A stretch of 64,000 nt of DNA from Macrostomum lignano (Eukaryota), in contig NIVC01000905.1 of assembly GCA_002269645.1 (NCBI GenBank), positions 186,001 to 250,000 on the forward strand, read 5' to 3'. A program made the position numbers and the translations under genes. Of this stretch, positions 27,171-37,547 are shown piece after piece (the first letter of the stretch is position 1; every line of letters begins with the position of its first letter). Below the pieces are notes generated by a model that was given only the letters and a program-made list of their open reading frames with translations, was not told the origin of the DNA and did no database searches.

Positions 27171-27499
27171 TATGCTAACTGTGTGTTATGCAAGCCAAAA
27201 ATAGAAAGAAAGACAAAAAATGCTTTAACTTGTTTTCAAATATCATATAAACTTTGGCGTCGAGTTCAGGCTATTTTATTAAGTTCAATAATTTGATCTG
27301 GTCTATTGATCAATATCTTCAAACGATATGCTGACTTGATTACCAACAATACGTATGAAGTATACGTATGCTTTGTGGTTTTGATTTTTTATTCTAACTC
27401 GTTATTCAACGAACATTCATAATTTCTTCGAGAAAAGCTTTGAAAAAGCACTATATTGGGAGAGCAGAAACTCCCAGATTACAGAATTTGTACTTTTTT

Positions 27500-27738
27500 G
27501 CACAGCGCTCAAGGGGTTTCAGGGGCGTCACCGCTGAAGGCTGCGTACGGCTGTTCAGTCCAAGGACTGGGGGTTCGCCACACACCCTCAATTACCTCAG
27601 CTAATGCTAGCCCCCATTTTACACCTGGGTGAACTGAAGCAATGCAGAGTTAAGTGTCTCTTGCTCAAGGACACATATTGTTCCATTAAAGTCGGGAATC
27701 GAGCCTCCGACCTTCAAGTCGTGAGTCGGACGCTCTAA
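27500..27738 (-). mobile_element. tRNA-derived SINE (5'-clipped head, V/Meta-like central domain)
   Basis: Minus strand reads TTAGAGCGTCCGACTCACGACTTGAAGGTCGGAGGCTCGATTCCC (tRNA-like, B-box), then GTGTCCTTGAGCAAGAGACACTTAAC and TTCAGTTCACCCAGGTGTAAAATGGG, which resemble conserved central domains of metazoan SINE superfamilies. Confidence 0.7.
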
Positions 27739-28970
27739 AAGTTATTTAGTTTTTTATACTCATATTTTTTGTTTCAATCCGCATGCACATGTAACAATAC
27801 CTGCACGAATCTTTAGAACATTTTTCCCGAACCTAGGCATACACGCAATCCAGCTGGGATGACAGGATAAATCGTTATTTGGTGAGTGCTAATTTATTCT
27901 GTACTGTTTTTCAGCAACCCGGATCTGCAACAGGTAAAACTGACTAAATTTTGTCGAATGCCTGATGGGAAACATGGTCTGGAATGGATTCGCGGATTTT
28001 TTCCCTATTTGCGATCAGAAAATCCCGGATGCTGGCTTCTCGGAGTCATTCCGCATTGACAGCGTCTGAATTCCTGTGCAATGATTATTCGGCAGCGCTC
28101 CATTTTCAGCACTCAATTCCATTTAGCACTCCATTTCGCACTTTAGATACACGATTCCCAAGGACCCCATTCCCAGGGACAACATTCCCAGGGACACCAT
28201 TCCCAGGGACCCCATTCCCAGGGACCCCATTCCCAGGGGAGTGCGTACACGAACAAAAGTACAGAATCCCGCGCCTAAAATGAAGTCATTATAGCAATGC
28301 TACAGGAGGGCATCTCCCAGTAGAATGGCAATATTCAGCTATCTGCTAAAAGAAATCCATTCTCTGCTGATCATCTGCGTTGCCATGGCGACTGACAAAG
28401 CCGCAGATTCCGGCAGGGAGCGACCTCGCCGAGTACCGGGTGCTGGTAGCGAAGCCAGCCATCGGCAACTACGAGACCTGCGTGAGTCTCTGGATCTGCT
28501 CGCCTCAGCTCAGATCAGCAATCAAGCGGCAGATGGAGGCAGCGTTGCATTGAATGAAATGGGGCCATGCGTTTTAAATTTCTACTGACTACTTTCGCAT
28601 GTCCGCATGGCAACAACTAGGGTCCGAGATCAGGTTACAACTGTGGCCGTCTGAACATGAGAGAGAGAGAGAGAGAGAGAGAGTGAGAGAGCACTCACAT
28701 TACATTTACATCCAACTGTCAATCAGGAGCGACCTGGCCCCTCAGGTGCGATGCCTTGGTTGAGAGGGTGAAAGGGACAAGTGTTTGAATGCCACATTCT
28801 GATAAGTGATCCAGAATGCGAGGGGATACAATGAAAAAGTCGACGGGTCTTGCCACTCGAGTAATGATTGTCATTTAGTAATGATGTTGGCCTGAGTCAC
28901 GTCAACTTATTGGGCGATTATTCGGCTTCTCCCACCTCCGTAGCCGCCCGCGGAATCGCTCAAAAGCGCT

Positions 28971-28984
28971 GTTTCCATGGCAAC
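28971..28984. promoter_or_regulatory. RFX X-box motif GTTTCCATGGCAAC upstream of PAN-TSR gene A (second site GTTGCCATGGCGAC at 28379-28392)
   Basis: 135 nt 5' of ATG 29119, followed by TATA-like CATAAAA near 29016; duplicated at 35707-35720 and 35111-35124. Confidence 0.55.
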
Positions 28985-29118
28985 CAACAAAACAAAGAGA
29001 CGCATCAAGCCGGTGCATAAAACACCTGAGCCCGAGGTGGGAGACGGGCCAGAAGCAGGAGAGAAAAGTTTTGTCTTTTAGCAACACAGCAATCGGCAAC
29101 TTCAGCAAGCACAGCCTG

Positions 29119-30810
29119 ATGGGCCTCTCGGTGGCGACCTTAGTACTCCTGACTGCGGCACGGCTGACCGACGCTTCCACAGTCAGGGAGTTCAACTTCA
29201 ACGCGTCTGACCGTCTGCCGTCGGGAATCGGCGACCCCAACGAGTCCGCGGTCTCAGCCGTGGCGCTGAGTCCGGGCTCCATCAAGCTGGTGGGTCCCGT
29301 GGGGATGAACGCCAGCTGGCTGGGGAGTCTCCAGTGCGCGACCAAGTGCAGGGCGTGGGCTTTCTGCCACGCGTACTACTTCAATACCAGTGCGGGCCTG
29401 TGCCACCTGGCTGACCAGGGACAGTTCGAGACCTACTGGACTGGCAACGGCACGGCTGGGAAAGCCGCCTTCGTCAAGCTGTACCACGGTGAGTGGGTCT
29501 TCTGTCACTCTGTACCACGGTGAGTGGGTCTTCTGTCACTCTGTACCACGGTGAGTGGGTCTTCTGTCACTCTGTACCACGGTGAGTGGGTCTTCTGTCA
29601 CTCTGTACCACGGTGAGTGGGTCTTCTGTCACTCTGTACCGCGGTGAGTGGGTCTTCTGTCACTCTGTACCACGGTGAGTGAGTCTTCTGTCACTCTGTA
29701 CCACGGTGAGTGGGTCTTCTGTCACTCTGTACCACGGTGAGTGGGTCTTTAATCGAGCAGTTTCCTGTATACTTTGATTTATGAAAGCACACCGACTTCT
29801 CCTGCTCAGACATCTGCACCTGGCAGTCCTGGACCAACTGGGCCACCGCCTCTGGTGCGACCGGAGATTCCGACATCTGCAACGCGCTTGTGAATCGAAC
29901 CCGCGTCCGCCAGTGCACCTGCCCAACCGACGAAGGGGCCTCCGTGAGCGGCTGGTGTCAGGGCGCGAAGGACAAAAGCCAGACGCAGGGCAGCTTCATC
30001 AGCTGGTGCCAGTGGTCCGAGTGGGCCACCGACTCGTCCGAAGGCAGCCTGGTCTGCGGGAACTGGAACAGCAGGCACCGGTCCAGGAGCTGCCGCTGCC
30101 CGATTGACAGGCCGCCTGCGACCATCGAGACGGCCGCAGTTGATAGCATCACCCAGGTGAGCTTGAAGATGTTGTTGGATTTAGCTTTTGATTTTGGTTT
30201 TTACGTTGATCGCCAGATTTTAAATTCTAGTAAAATGCAACTGGGATACTTTCAGTAGTATAGCCAATATTGTTATTACCCTTATTCTCCGAAGACTTGG
30301 AACTGGTGCAACTGGGAAGGCTGGAACGAGTGGACGAGTGACAAAGGCTATAAGAAGTCTTGGCACTACGCGAACAACTATCTTGGATGCAACTGGCGGT
30401 TCACTCGCAAGAGAGTCCGCAAGTGCGGCTGCTCGACTGCGATCAGCGCGTCGGCTGGCCCGGAGGTGAGCAGCGAGTTGGACACTGCCTTCACTGCCTG
30501 GTGCGCCTGGGGCAACTGGGGCAACTGGTACCTGTATAAGGACGGCAAAAATAGCCATAATATTATTCGAAAAAAGAGTCGTACTTACGACTGCACCAGG
30601 AACTCGTCAAACAGCTGTTCAGGAGGCCGGTGGGAAAGGCAGACGGGTCATTCATGCCGCTGCTTTGACTGGAGCAGGTGGAGATATTGGCGGCGTTGTC
30701 GTTCCAAGAGAGCCAAATTCAAGACATGTAGATGCAAATATGATGGAGATTTCAATACGGCCAATGTCACCGACTACAGGTGTCGCAAGCGCACCAAGCG
30801 TATGTTTTAG
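29119..30810 (+). CDS. Secreted PAN/apple-domain + thrombospondin type-1 repeat protein, copy A (410 aa)
   Basis: Exons 29119-29488, 29810-30156, 30295-30810 (TAG). Signal peptide MGLSVATLVLLTAARLTDA; PAN cysteine pattern CATKCRAWAFCHAYYFNTSAGLCHL; five TSR-like units with WxxWxxW and RxRxC (WQSWTNW..RVRQC, WCQWSEW..RSRSC, WEGWNEW..RVRKC, WGNWGNW, WSRWRYW). Confidence 0.85.
29479..29746. repeat. 31-bp minisatellite spanning the exon1/intron1 junction (CTGTACCACG|GTGAGTGGGTCTTCTGTCACT)
   Basis: 9 donor-containing units at 31-bp spacing, GT at 29489 to 29737. Confidence 0.95.
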
Positions 30811-31074
30811 CGAACACACAATCCAGTCTGCTAAATATAAACACTGTGTTTCCTTTCTAAATAAGGAAGTCTCTTTTCAAATTGGCATCAATTGCCCGCG
30901 TTTCGTACGGCGACTGTGTATTCAATTACGAGTATACTGATTTTTTTGTCAAAAAGATGTTTTATGATGTCTAAAGGCTCTTTCAATTGAGCCATGCAAT
31001 CACTTGATTGATGGACAAACTCACAATCAGGCCGTCATAACACAAAATCAGCTTCATTTGAATGCGGCTCGTGA

Positions 31075-31520
31075 CATTTGACTGTCAGTGATATTTGACT
31101 GCCAGTGACATTTGACTGCCAGTGACATTTGACTGCCAGTGACATTTGACTGCCAGTGACATTTGACTATCAGTGACATTTGACTATCAGTGACATTTGA
31201 CTGTCAGTGACATTTGACTATCAGTGACATTTGACTGTTAGTGACATTTGACTATCAGTGACATTTGACTGTCAGTGACATTTGACTGTCAGTGACATTT
31301 GACTGTCGGTGACATTTGACTGCCAGTGACATTTGACTATCAGTGACATTTGACTGTCAGTGACATTTGACTATCAGTGACATTTGACTGTCAGTGACAT
31401 TTGACTATCAGTGACATTTGACTGTTAGTGACATTTGACTATCAGTGACATTTGACTGTCAGTGACATTTGACTGTCAGTGACATTTGACTGTCGGTGAC
31501 ATTTGACTGCCAGTGATATT
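31075..31520. repeat. 17-bp minisatellite (GACATTTGACTGTCAGT)n
   Basis: Tandem units downstream of PAN-TSR gene A. Confidence 0.93.
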
Positions 31521-31559
31521 TGATGGCTCATGACAGTCAACAGTCAGCAATAATATGCT

Positions 31560-32430
31560 CTTATTCCCAGCACTCCATTCCCAGCTCTCCATTCCCAGCT
31601 CTCCATTCCCAGCTCTCCATTCCCAGCTCTCCATTCCCAGCACTCCATTCCCAGCTCTCCATTCCCAGCTCTCCATTCCCAGCTCTCCATTCCCAGCTCT
31701 CCATTCCCAGCTCTCCATTCCCAGCTCTCCATTCCCACCCCTCCATTCCCAGCTCTCCATTCCCAGCACTCCATTCCCAGCTCTCCATTCCCACCCCTCC
31801 ATTCCCAGCTCTCCATTCCCAGCTCTCCATTCCCACCCTCCATTCCCAGCTCTCCATTCCCAGCACTCCATTCCCAGGTCTCCATTCCCAGCTCTCCATT
31901 CCCAGCACTCCATTCCCAGCTCTCCATTCCCAGCTCTCCATTCCCAGCTCTCCATTCCCAGCTCTCCATTCCCACCCCTCCATTCCCAGCTCTCCATTCC
32001 CAGCTCTCCATTCCCAGCTCTCCATTCCCACCCCTCCATTCCCAGCTCTCCATTCCCAGCTCTCCATTCCCAGCTCTCCATTCCCAGCTCTCCATTCCCA
32101 GCACTCCATTCCCAGCACTCCATTCCCAGCTCTCCATTCCCAGCTCTCCATTCCCAGCACTCCATTCCCAGCACTCCATTCCCAGCTCTCCATTCCCAGC
32201 TCTCCATTCCCAGCTCTCCATTCCCACCCCTCCATTCCCAGGTCTCCATTCCCAGCTCTCCATTCCCACCCTCCATTCCCAGCACTCCATTCCCAGCTCT
32301 CCATTCCCAGCTCTCCATTCCCAGCACTCCATTCCCAGCTCTCCATTCCCAGCACTCCATTCCCAGCTCTCCATTCCCAGCTCTCCATTCCCAGCTCTCC
32401 CTTCCCAGCTCTCCATTCCCAGCCCTCCAT
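31560..32430. repeat. 14-bp minisatellite (CAGCTCTCCATTCC)n
   Basis: ~60 tandem units. Confidence 0.95.
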
Positions 32431-32509
32431 TCAACATTAACAAAGTGCATTGCCAGCCATTCATGCGTGGGACAATGTCACTGGGAGCGTTTCGATGCCT
32501 GTGTGCAAA

Positions 32510-34800
32510 CGTAGGCCGCACTGCCGACAGTTTCCGAGCCGGCGTCAGCCAGCAGGCAGTCGACGAAACGCCGAGTGCGCGCCTGCCCCCGCCGGGAGGG
32601 TGCCTGCAGCGTCAGCAGCAGCACCTCCTGCACAGGCTGTGGGCAGTACGACTCGGCTCGGATGAAATGGCCTGCCAGCTGGAGTCGCCAGCAGGGTGTC
32701 CGCAACCTGGAAAAACCTGGAAAAACCTGGAAATGCAAAAAAAACCTGGAAAAACCTAAAAATGCAAAAAAACCTGGAAAAACCTGGAAAAACATGGAAA
32801 TGCAAAAAAAACCTGGAAAACCTGGAAATGCAAAAAACCTGAAAACGCCCCAAAACTGAAGAAAAACCTGGAAATAGACCAATCTGGGAGGGGAAACCTG
32901 GAATTATCATTCTTCCCATGATCTGTGTAATGTAAAACTGGAAGAAGACAAAGACAAAGAAGCCAATGTTTGTCTTTCTCTATGAGAAGCTGAGCGTCAT
33001 CGTTCTTACTGTTGGTCGCTGAAGTTCCATTATTTTACGCAACAGATTGTCACCAAGGCTTCCGTGTCGGATCTGGCGAATTTGGAACTGGACAAGGCTA
33101 CTTTGCCAGCAAAGTTAATTGACATTGGATTCGCCGCACGAAAAGAATTGGGTGTCGCTCTTGCTGAGAAGACGATTTCAGAGCAGGACAAGCTGAAATT
33201 CCTTTCGGAATGCAAGCAGTTCTACTGCAAATTGATTGAAAAACTTCTAGAGAAGTCGCCTCTTCGATATTCAATTGTTCGCGGAGCTAGCTCTCTCTCG
33301 CCAACACTCATTTGCAGCTCTCCAGAAGTCAGCCAACAGCGCTTTCGGATGCTACTTACGGACCTCATGGAGTGTCATCGACTACCTGCAGATGAGTGCG
33401 ACCTTGCTTAACGCAGTTTTGGGACTTTTGTGGAGAGTCCAGAGGTTCAGAGAACAATGGCCGCATTTAATGCCGCGAGTGAACGAGTAGACACGCTCTA
33501 CTGGAACCTGCTTCCTGGTGCAGAAGCCACTGCAAGTGCGCTTCATGGCTTGCAGCTAGCAGCCAGGGATGCGCTCTGGAAGCCGATAAGCATGGTGTTG
33601 ATCATGTCACATGGCAATGCCACTGTTGAAAGTGGATTTTCCGTGAACAAGGACATGCTGGTGCCTAACCTCCTGCAGGATTCTTTGGTGTCCCTGCGCC
33701 AAGTCCAGGATACTATAACAACTATAACAGTAGCTTCTATCCAAGAATCTTCTATCCAGTGTAAGAATGGCCAGGCAGCGTTACCGTGATGCCTTGGAGG
33801 AAAAACGAGACGAGGAGAAATCGAAGACAGCGGTCACCGTATCCCAGAAGAGAAAAGCGACTGACGAGATTTTCCGAATCGAACAGGAGCTCGAGCTCGT
33901 GTCGAGGAGTTGCGCAAAAGGCTCGCCTAAGTACATTTGGCAACTGACGACAGTTAGTTACAAGTACTTAAAAAGACCATAATTATTTGCTGAACATTGG
34001 CGAAGCGTTTACTGTCATGCATATTTTGCTTTATTTTCACTTCCATAAATGTCACATTTTATGTCCTATTTTACGAGTTTCAGTTTCGTTCAATGTTAGT
34101 CTTGTAGTTTCAATTGACGGCTCATTGACAATAGCCTGTATATTTTACCTATTTTTTTACTTTCCAATTTTCCACTTATTTGCGCCCTGCAGTGCTGATA
34201 CGAGCTGCTACAGTACGTGGCAACTTTGCTAAACGTTTACTGAATTTTGCATATCTTTTCCGATCATGTCCTCTTTTTCTTTTCGTTGATTGCTCATTGA
34301 CAGTGGCCCATTTTTACTATGAAATATATAATATACAGTTCGTAGTAGGAAACACTAAATCAAGAAAAATCGCTGCGTACATACGTTTCAAAGCTACACC
34401 AAGTAGCAACCTGGAGCTTACTTATTTGAACCTGGAAAAACCTGGAAATTGATATTGAATTTCGCGCGGACACCCTGCGCCAGGCCGGTGCGGCGATAGA
34501 GTGCCGCATTGGTGACTCGCTCGTAGCCGATCTTGAAGGCGGCGCGCAGCAGGCCAGCGTGCGCCTCATCTACCTGCTGTTCGAGTGAATCTGTCAGGAT
34601 CCAGGTCTCGGCGTTGTACAACAGGACGGTCTCGATCACCGCGTGGAACAACGCTGGCCTCTCGTAATCAGGCAGGGCCTAGGACTGCAGGACGGCCCTC
34701 ACGGAACGGAAAACAGCCCAGACAAGTCAACGGCGACATCGCAGGTCCTCGCAAACGTCAGGCACGAGACCGCCGAGGTAGACAAACTGCTGACGGCGCA
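32510..34800 (-). mobile_element. Decayed RTE-like LINE 3' fragment, interrupted by a hAT-like element
   Basis: 32510-32691 and 34478-34800 align with the LINE at 40420-40910 (e.g. GCGTCAGCCAGCAGGCAGTCGACGAAACGCCGAG, CACTCGCTCGTAGCCGATCTTGAA); minus-strand peptides LQLAGHFIRAESYCPQPVQEVLLLTL and AVIETVLLYNAETW. Confidence 0.8.
32692..34477 (+). mobile_element. Non-autonomous hAT-like DNA transposon (1786 bp) with C-terminal transposase remnant
   Basis: Perfect 12-bp TIR CAGGGTGTCCGC (32692-32703) / GCGGACACCCTG (34466-34477); subterminal AACCTGGAAA repeats at both ends; flanked by CGCCAG on both sides; internal frame 33064-33789 with one in-frame TAA (33409) and motif SHGNATVESGFSVNK, resembling the hAT C-terminal dimerisation region. 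Confidence 0.85.
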
Positions 34801-34824
34801 CTCCAAACTGACGGCGAAAATGGA

Positions 34825-35388
34825 CAGCGCTCCATTTTCAGCACTCAATTCCATTTAGCACTCCATTTCGCACTTTAGATACACGATTCCCAAGGACCCC
34901 ATTCCCAGGGACAACATTCCCAGGGACACCATTCCCAGGGACCCCATTCCCAGGGACCCCATTCCCAGGGGAGTGCGTACACGAACAAAAGTACAGAATC
35001 CCGCGCCTAAAATGAAGTCATTATAGCAATGCTACAGGAGGGCATCTCCCAGTAGAATGGCAATATTCAGCTATCTGCTAAAAGAAATCCATTCTCTGCT
35101 GATCATCTGCGTTGCCATGGCGACTGACAAAGCCGCAGATTCCGGCAGGGAGCGACCTCGCCGAGTACCGGGTGCTGGTAGCGAAGCCAGCCATCGGCAA
35201 CTACGAGACCTGCGTGAGTCTCTGGATCTGCTCGCCTCAGCTCAGATCAGCAATCAAGCGGCAGATGGAGGCAGCGTTGCATTGAATGAAATGGGGCCAT
35301 GCGTTTTAAATTTCTACTGACTACTTTCGCATGTCCGCATGGCAACAACTAGGGTCCGAGATCAGGTTACAACTGTGGCCGTCTGAAC

Positions 35389-35422
<34 letters not shown>

Positions 35423-36958
35423 GAGAGCACTCACATTACATTTACATCCAACTGTCAATCAGGAGCGACCTGGCCCCTCAGGTGCGATGCCTTGGTTGAG
35501 AGGGTGAAAGGGACAAGTGTTTGAATGCCACATTCTGATAAGTGATCCAGAATGCGAGGGGATACAATGAAAAAGTCGACGGGTCTTGCCACTCGAGTAA
35601 TGATTGTCATTTAGTAATGATGTTGGCCTGAGTCACGTCAACTTATTGGGCGATTATTCGGCTTCTCCCACCTCCGTAGCCGCCCGCGGAATCGCTCAAA
35701 AGCGCTGTTTCCATGGCAACCAACAAAACAAAGAGACGCATCAAGCCGGTGCATAAAACACCTGAGCCCGAGGTGGGAGACGGGCCAGAAGCAGGAGAGA
35801 AAAGTTTTGTCTTTTAGCAACACAGCAATCGGCAACTTCAGCAAGCACAGCCTGATGGGCCTCTCGGTGGCGACCTTAGTACTCCTGACTGCGGCACGGC
35901 TGACCGACGCTTCCACAGTCAGGGAGTTCAACTTCAACGCGTCTGACCGTCTGCCGTCGGGAATCGGCGACCCAACGAGTCCGCGGTCTCAGCCGTGGCG
36001 CTGAGTCCGGGCTCCATCAAGCTGGTGGGTCCCGTGGGGATGAACGCCAGCTGGCTGGGGAGTCTCCAGTGCGCGACCAAGTGCAGGGCGTGGGCTTTCT
36101 GCCACGCGTACTACTTCAATACCAGTGCGGGCCTGTGCCACCTGGCTGACCAGGGACAGTTCGAGACCTACTGGACTGGCAACGGCACGGCTGGGAAAGC
36201 CGCCTTCGTCAAGCTGTACCACGGTGAGTGGGTCTTCTGTCACTCTGTACCACGGTGAGTGGGTCTTCTGTCACTCTGTACCACGGTGAGTGGGTCTTCT
36301 GTCACTCTGTAACACAGTGAGTGGGTCTTCTGTCACTCTGTACCACGGTGAGTGGGTCTTCTGTCACTCTGTACCGCGGTGAGTGGGTCTTCTGTCACTC
36401 TGTACCACGGTGAGTGGGTCTTCTGTCACTCTGTACCACGGTGAGTGGGTCTTCTGTCACTCTGTACCACGGTGAGTGGGTCTTCTGTCACTCTGTACCA
36501 CGGTGAGTGGGTCTTCTGTCACTCTGTACCACGGTGAGTGGGTCTTTAATCGAGCAGTTTCCTGTATACTTTGATTTATGAAAGCACACCGACTTCTCCT
36601 GCTCAGACATCTGCACCTGGCAGTCCTGGACCAACTGGGCCACCGCCTCTGGTGCGACCGGAGATTCCGACATCTGCAACGCGCTTGTGAATCGAACCCG
36701 CGTCCGCCAGTGCACCTGCCCCACTGACGAAGGGGTCTTCGTGAGCGGCTGGTGTCAGGGCGCGAAGGACAAAAGCCAGACGCAGGGCAGCTTCATCAGC
36801 TGGTGCCAGTGGTCCGAGTGGGCCACCGACTCGTCCGAAGGCAGCCTGGTCTGTGGGAACTGGAACAGCAAGCACCGGTCCAGGAGCTGCCGCTGCCCGA
36901 TTGACAGGCCGCCTGAGACCATCGAGACGGCCGCAGTTGAGAACATCACCCAGGTGAG
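34825..36958. repeat. Segmental duplication, copy B (near-identical to 28093-30161)
   Basis: See copy A; includes an 11-unit version of the 31-bp junction array (GT at 36224 to 36534). Confidence 0.95.
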
Positions 36959-37547
36959 TTGACAGTGCCGTGATTTGTTAAAACCAATCACAGCAGTCCT
37001 AATGCTTTCAAGTACAAGTGCAATTTTTTTACGATCTGTAAAGGCATGGCACTGGTGCAACTGGAAAAGCTGGAGCGTTTGGACAGACGATCGCGGGTAC
37101 TCTAAGTGGTGGTTGTACCACCGCAGCTACTTCTATACGCCCAGGTGTGACACGCGATTTACGAGAAGGCGCAGCAGGCAATGCGGCTGCTCAGGTAAAG
37201 AGGCTGCTGCTCAGGCTGGTTCGAATGTTAGCCAGGAGGTGAGCACCATCTACTCAGCCTGGTGCCCTTGGCTGAGCTGGGATAGCTGGTACCGCGACTG
37301 CTCGGTAGGTCGAATAATGTGCAAGAGGACCCGCACAGTGATTGACTGCTTTGTGAATACATCGACCAGCGCCTTGCCGGCAGGCAGCGCACAGGACTAT
37401 CAATACGACACTGCTAAGTGTGGCTGGGGCAAGTGGAAGAACTACTGGCTCAGCGGCTGTCGGTGGTGGCGTGGCAAGAGGCGGTTTTGCTTGTGCTCCA
37501 ATGAAAATTACCGGACAAAGTCAGTCTTCGAGTACAAATGCCGCTAA
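35855..37547 (+). pseudogene. PAN/apple + TSR protein, copy B: frameshifted in exon 1 as sequenced (pseudogene or homopolymer error), intact and divergent last exon
   Basis: Exons 35855-36223, 36607-36953, 37044-37547 (TAA). CCC at 35971-35973 versus CCCC at 29235-29238 shifts the frame to a TGA at 36002. Exon 3 is open for 167 codons with WKSWSVW..RSRQC, WLSWDSW, WGKWKNYW. Confidence 0.7.

Larger units (their letters stand above)
28093..30161. repeat. Segmental duplication, copy A (near-identical to 34825-36958)
   Basis: Base-by-base match by eye. Offset 6732, then 6736 (GA microsatellite +4), 6735 (1-bp deletion) and 6797 (two extra 31-bp units). Confidence 0.95.

Noticed and set aside
27690-27738. 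Possible tRNA gene on the minus strand
   Set aside because: Acceptor stem and 5' end are missing and it runs into SINE central-domain motifs; treated as a SINE head.
28325-28588. 87-aa ORF duplicated exactly at 35057-35320
   Set aside because: No recognisable domain; its identity is explained by the segmental duplication, and it overlaps the putative regulatory region with X-boxes.
33064-33982. Three ORFs as an independent host gene
   Set aside because: They lie between TIRs, are joined by a stop and a frameshift, and carry a hAT-like C-terminal motif: a transposase remnant.
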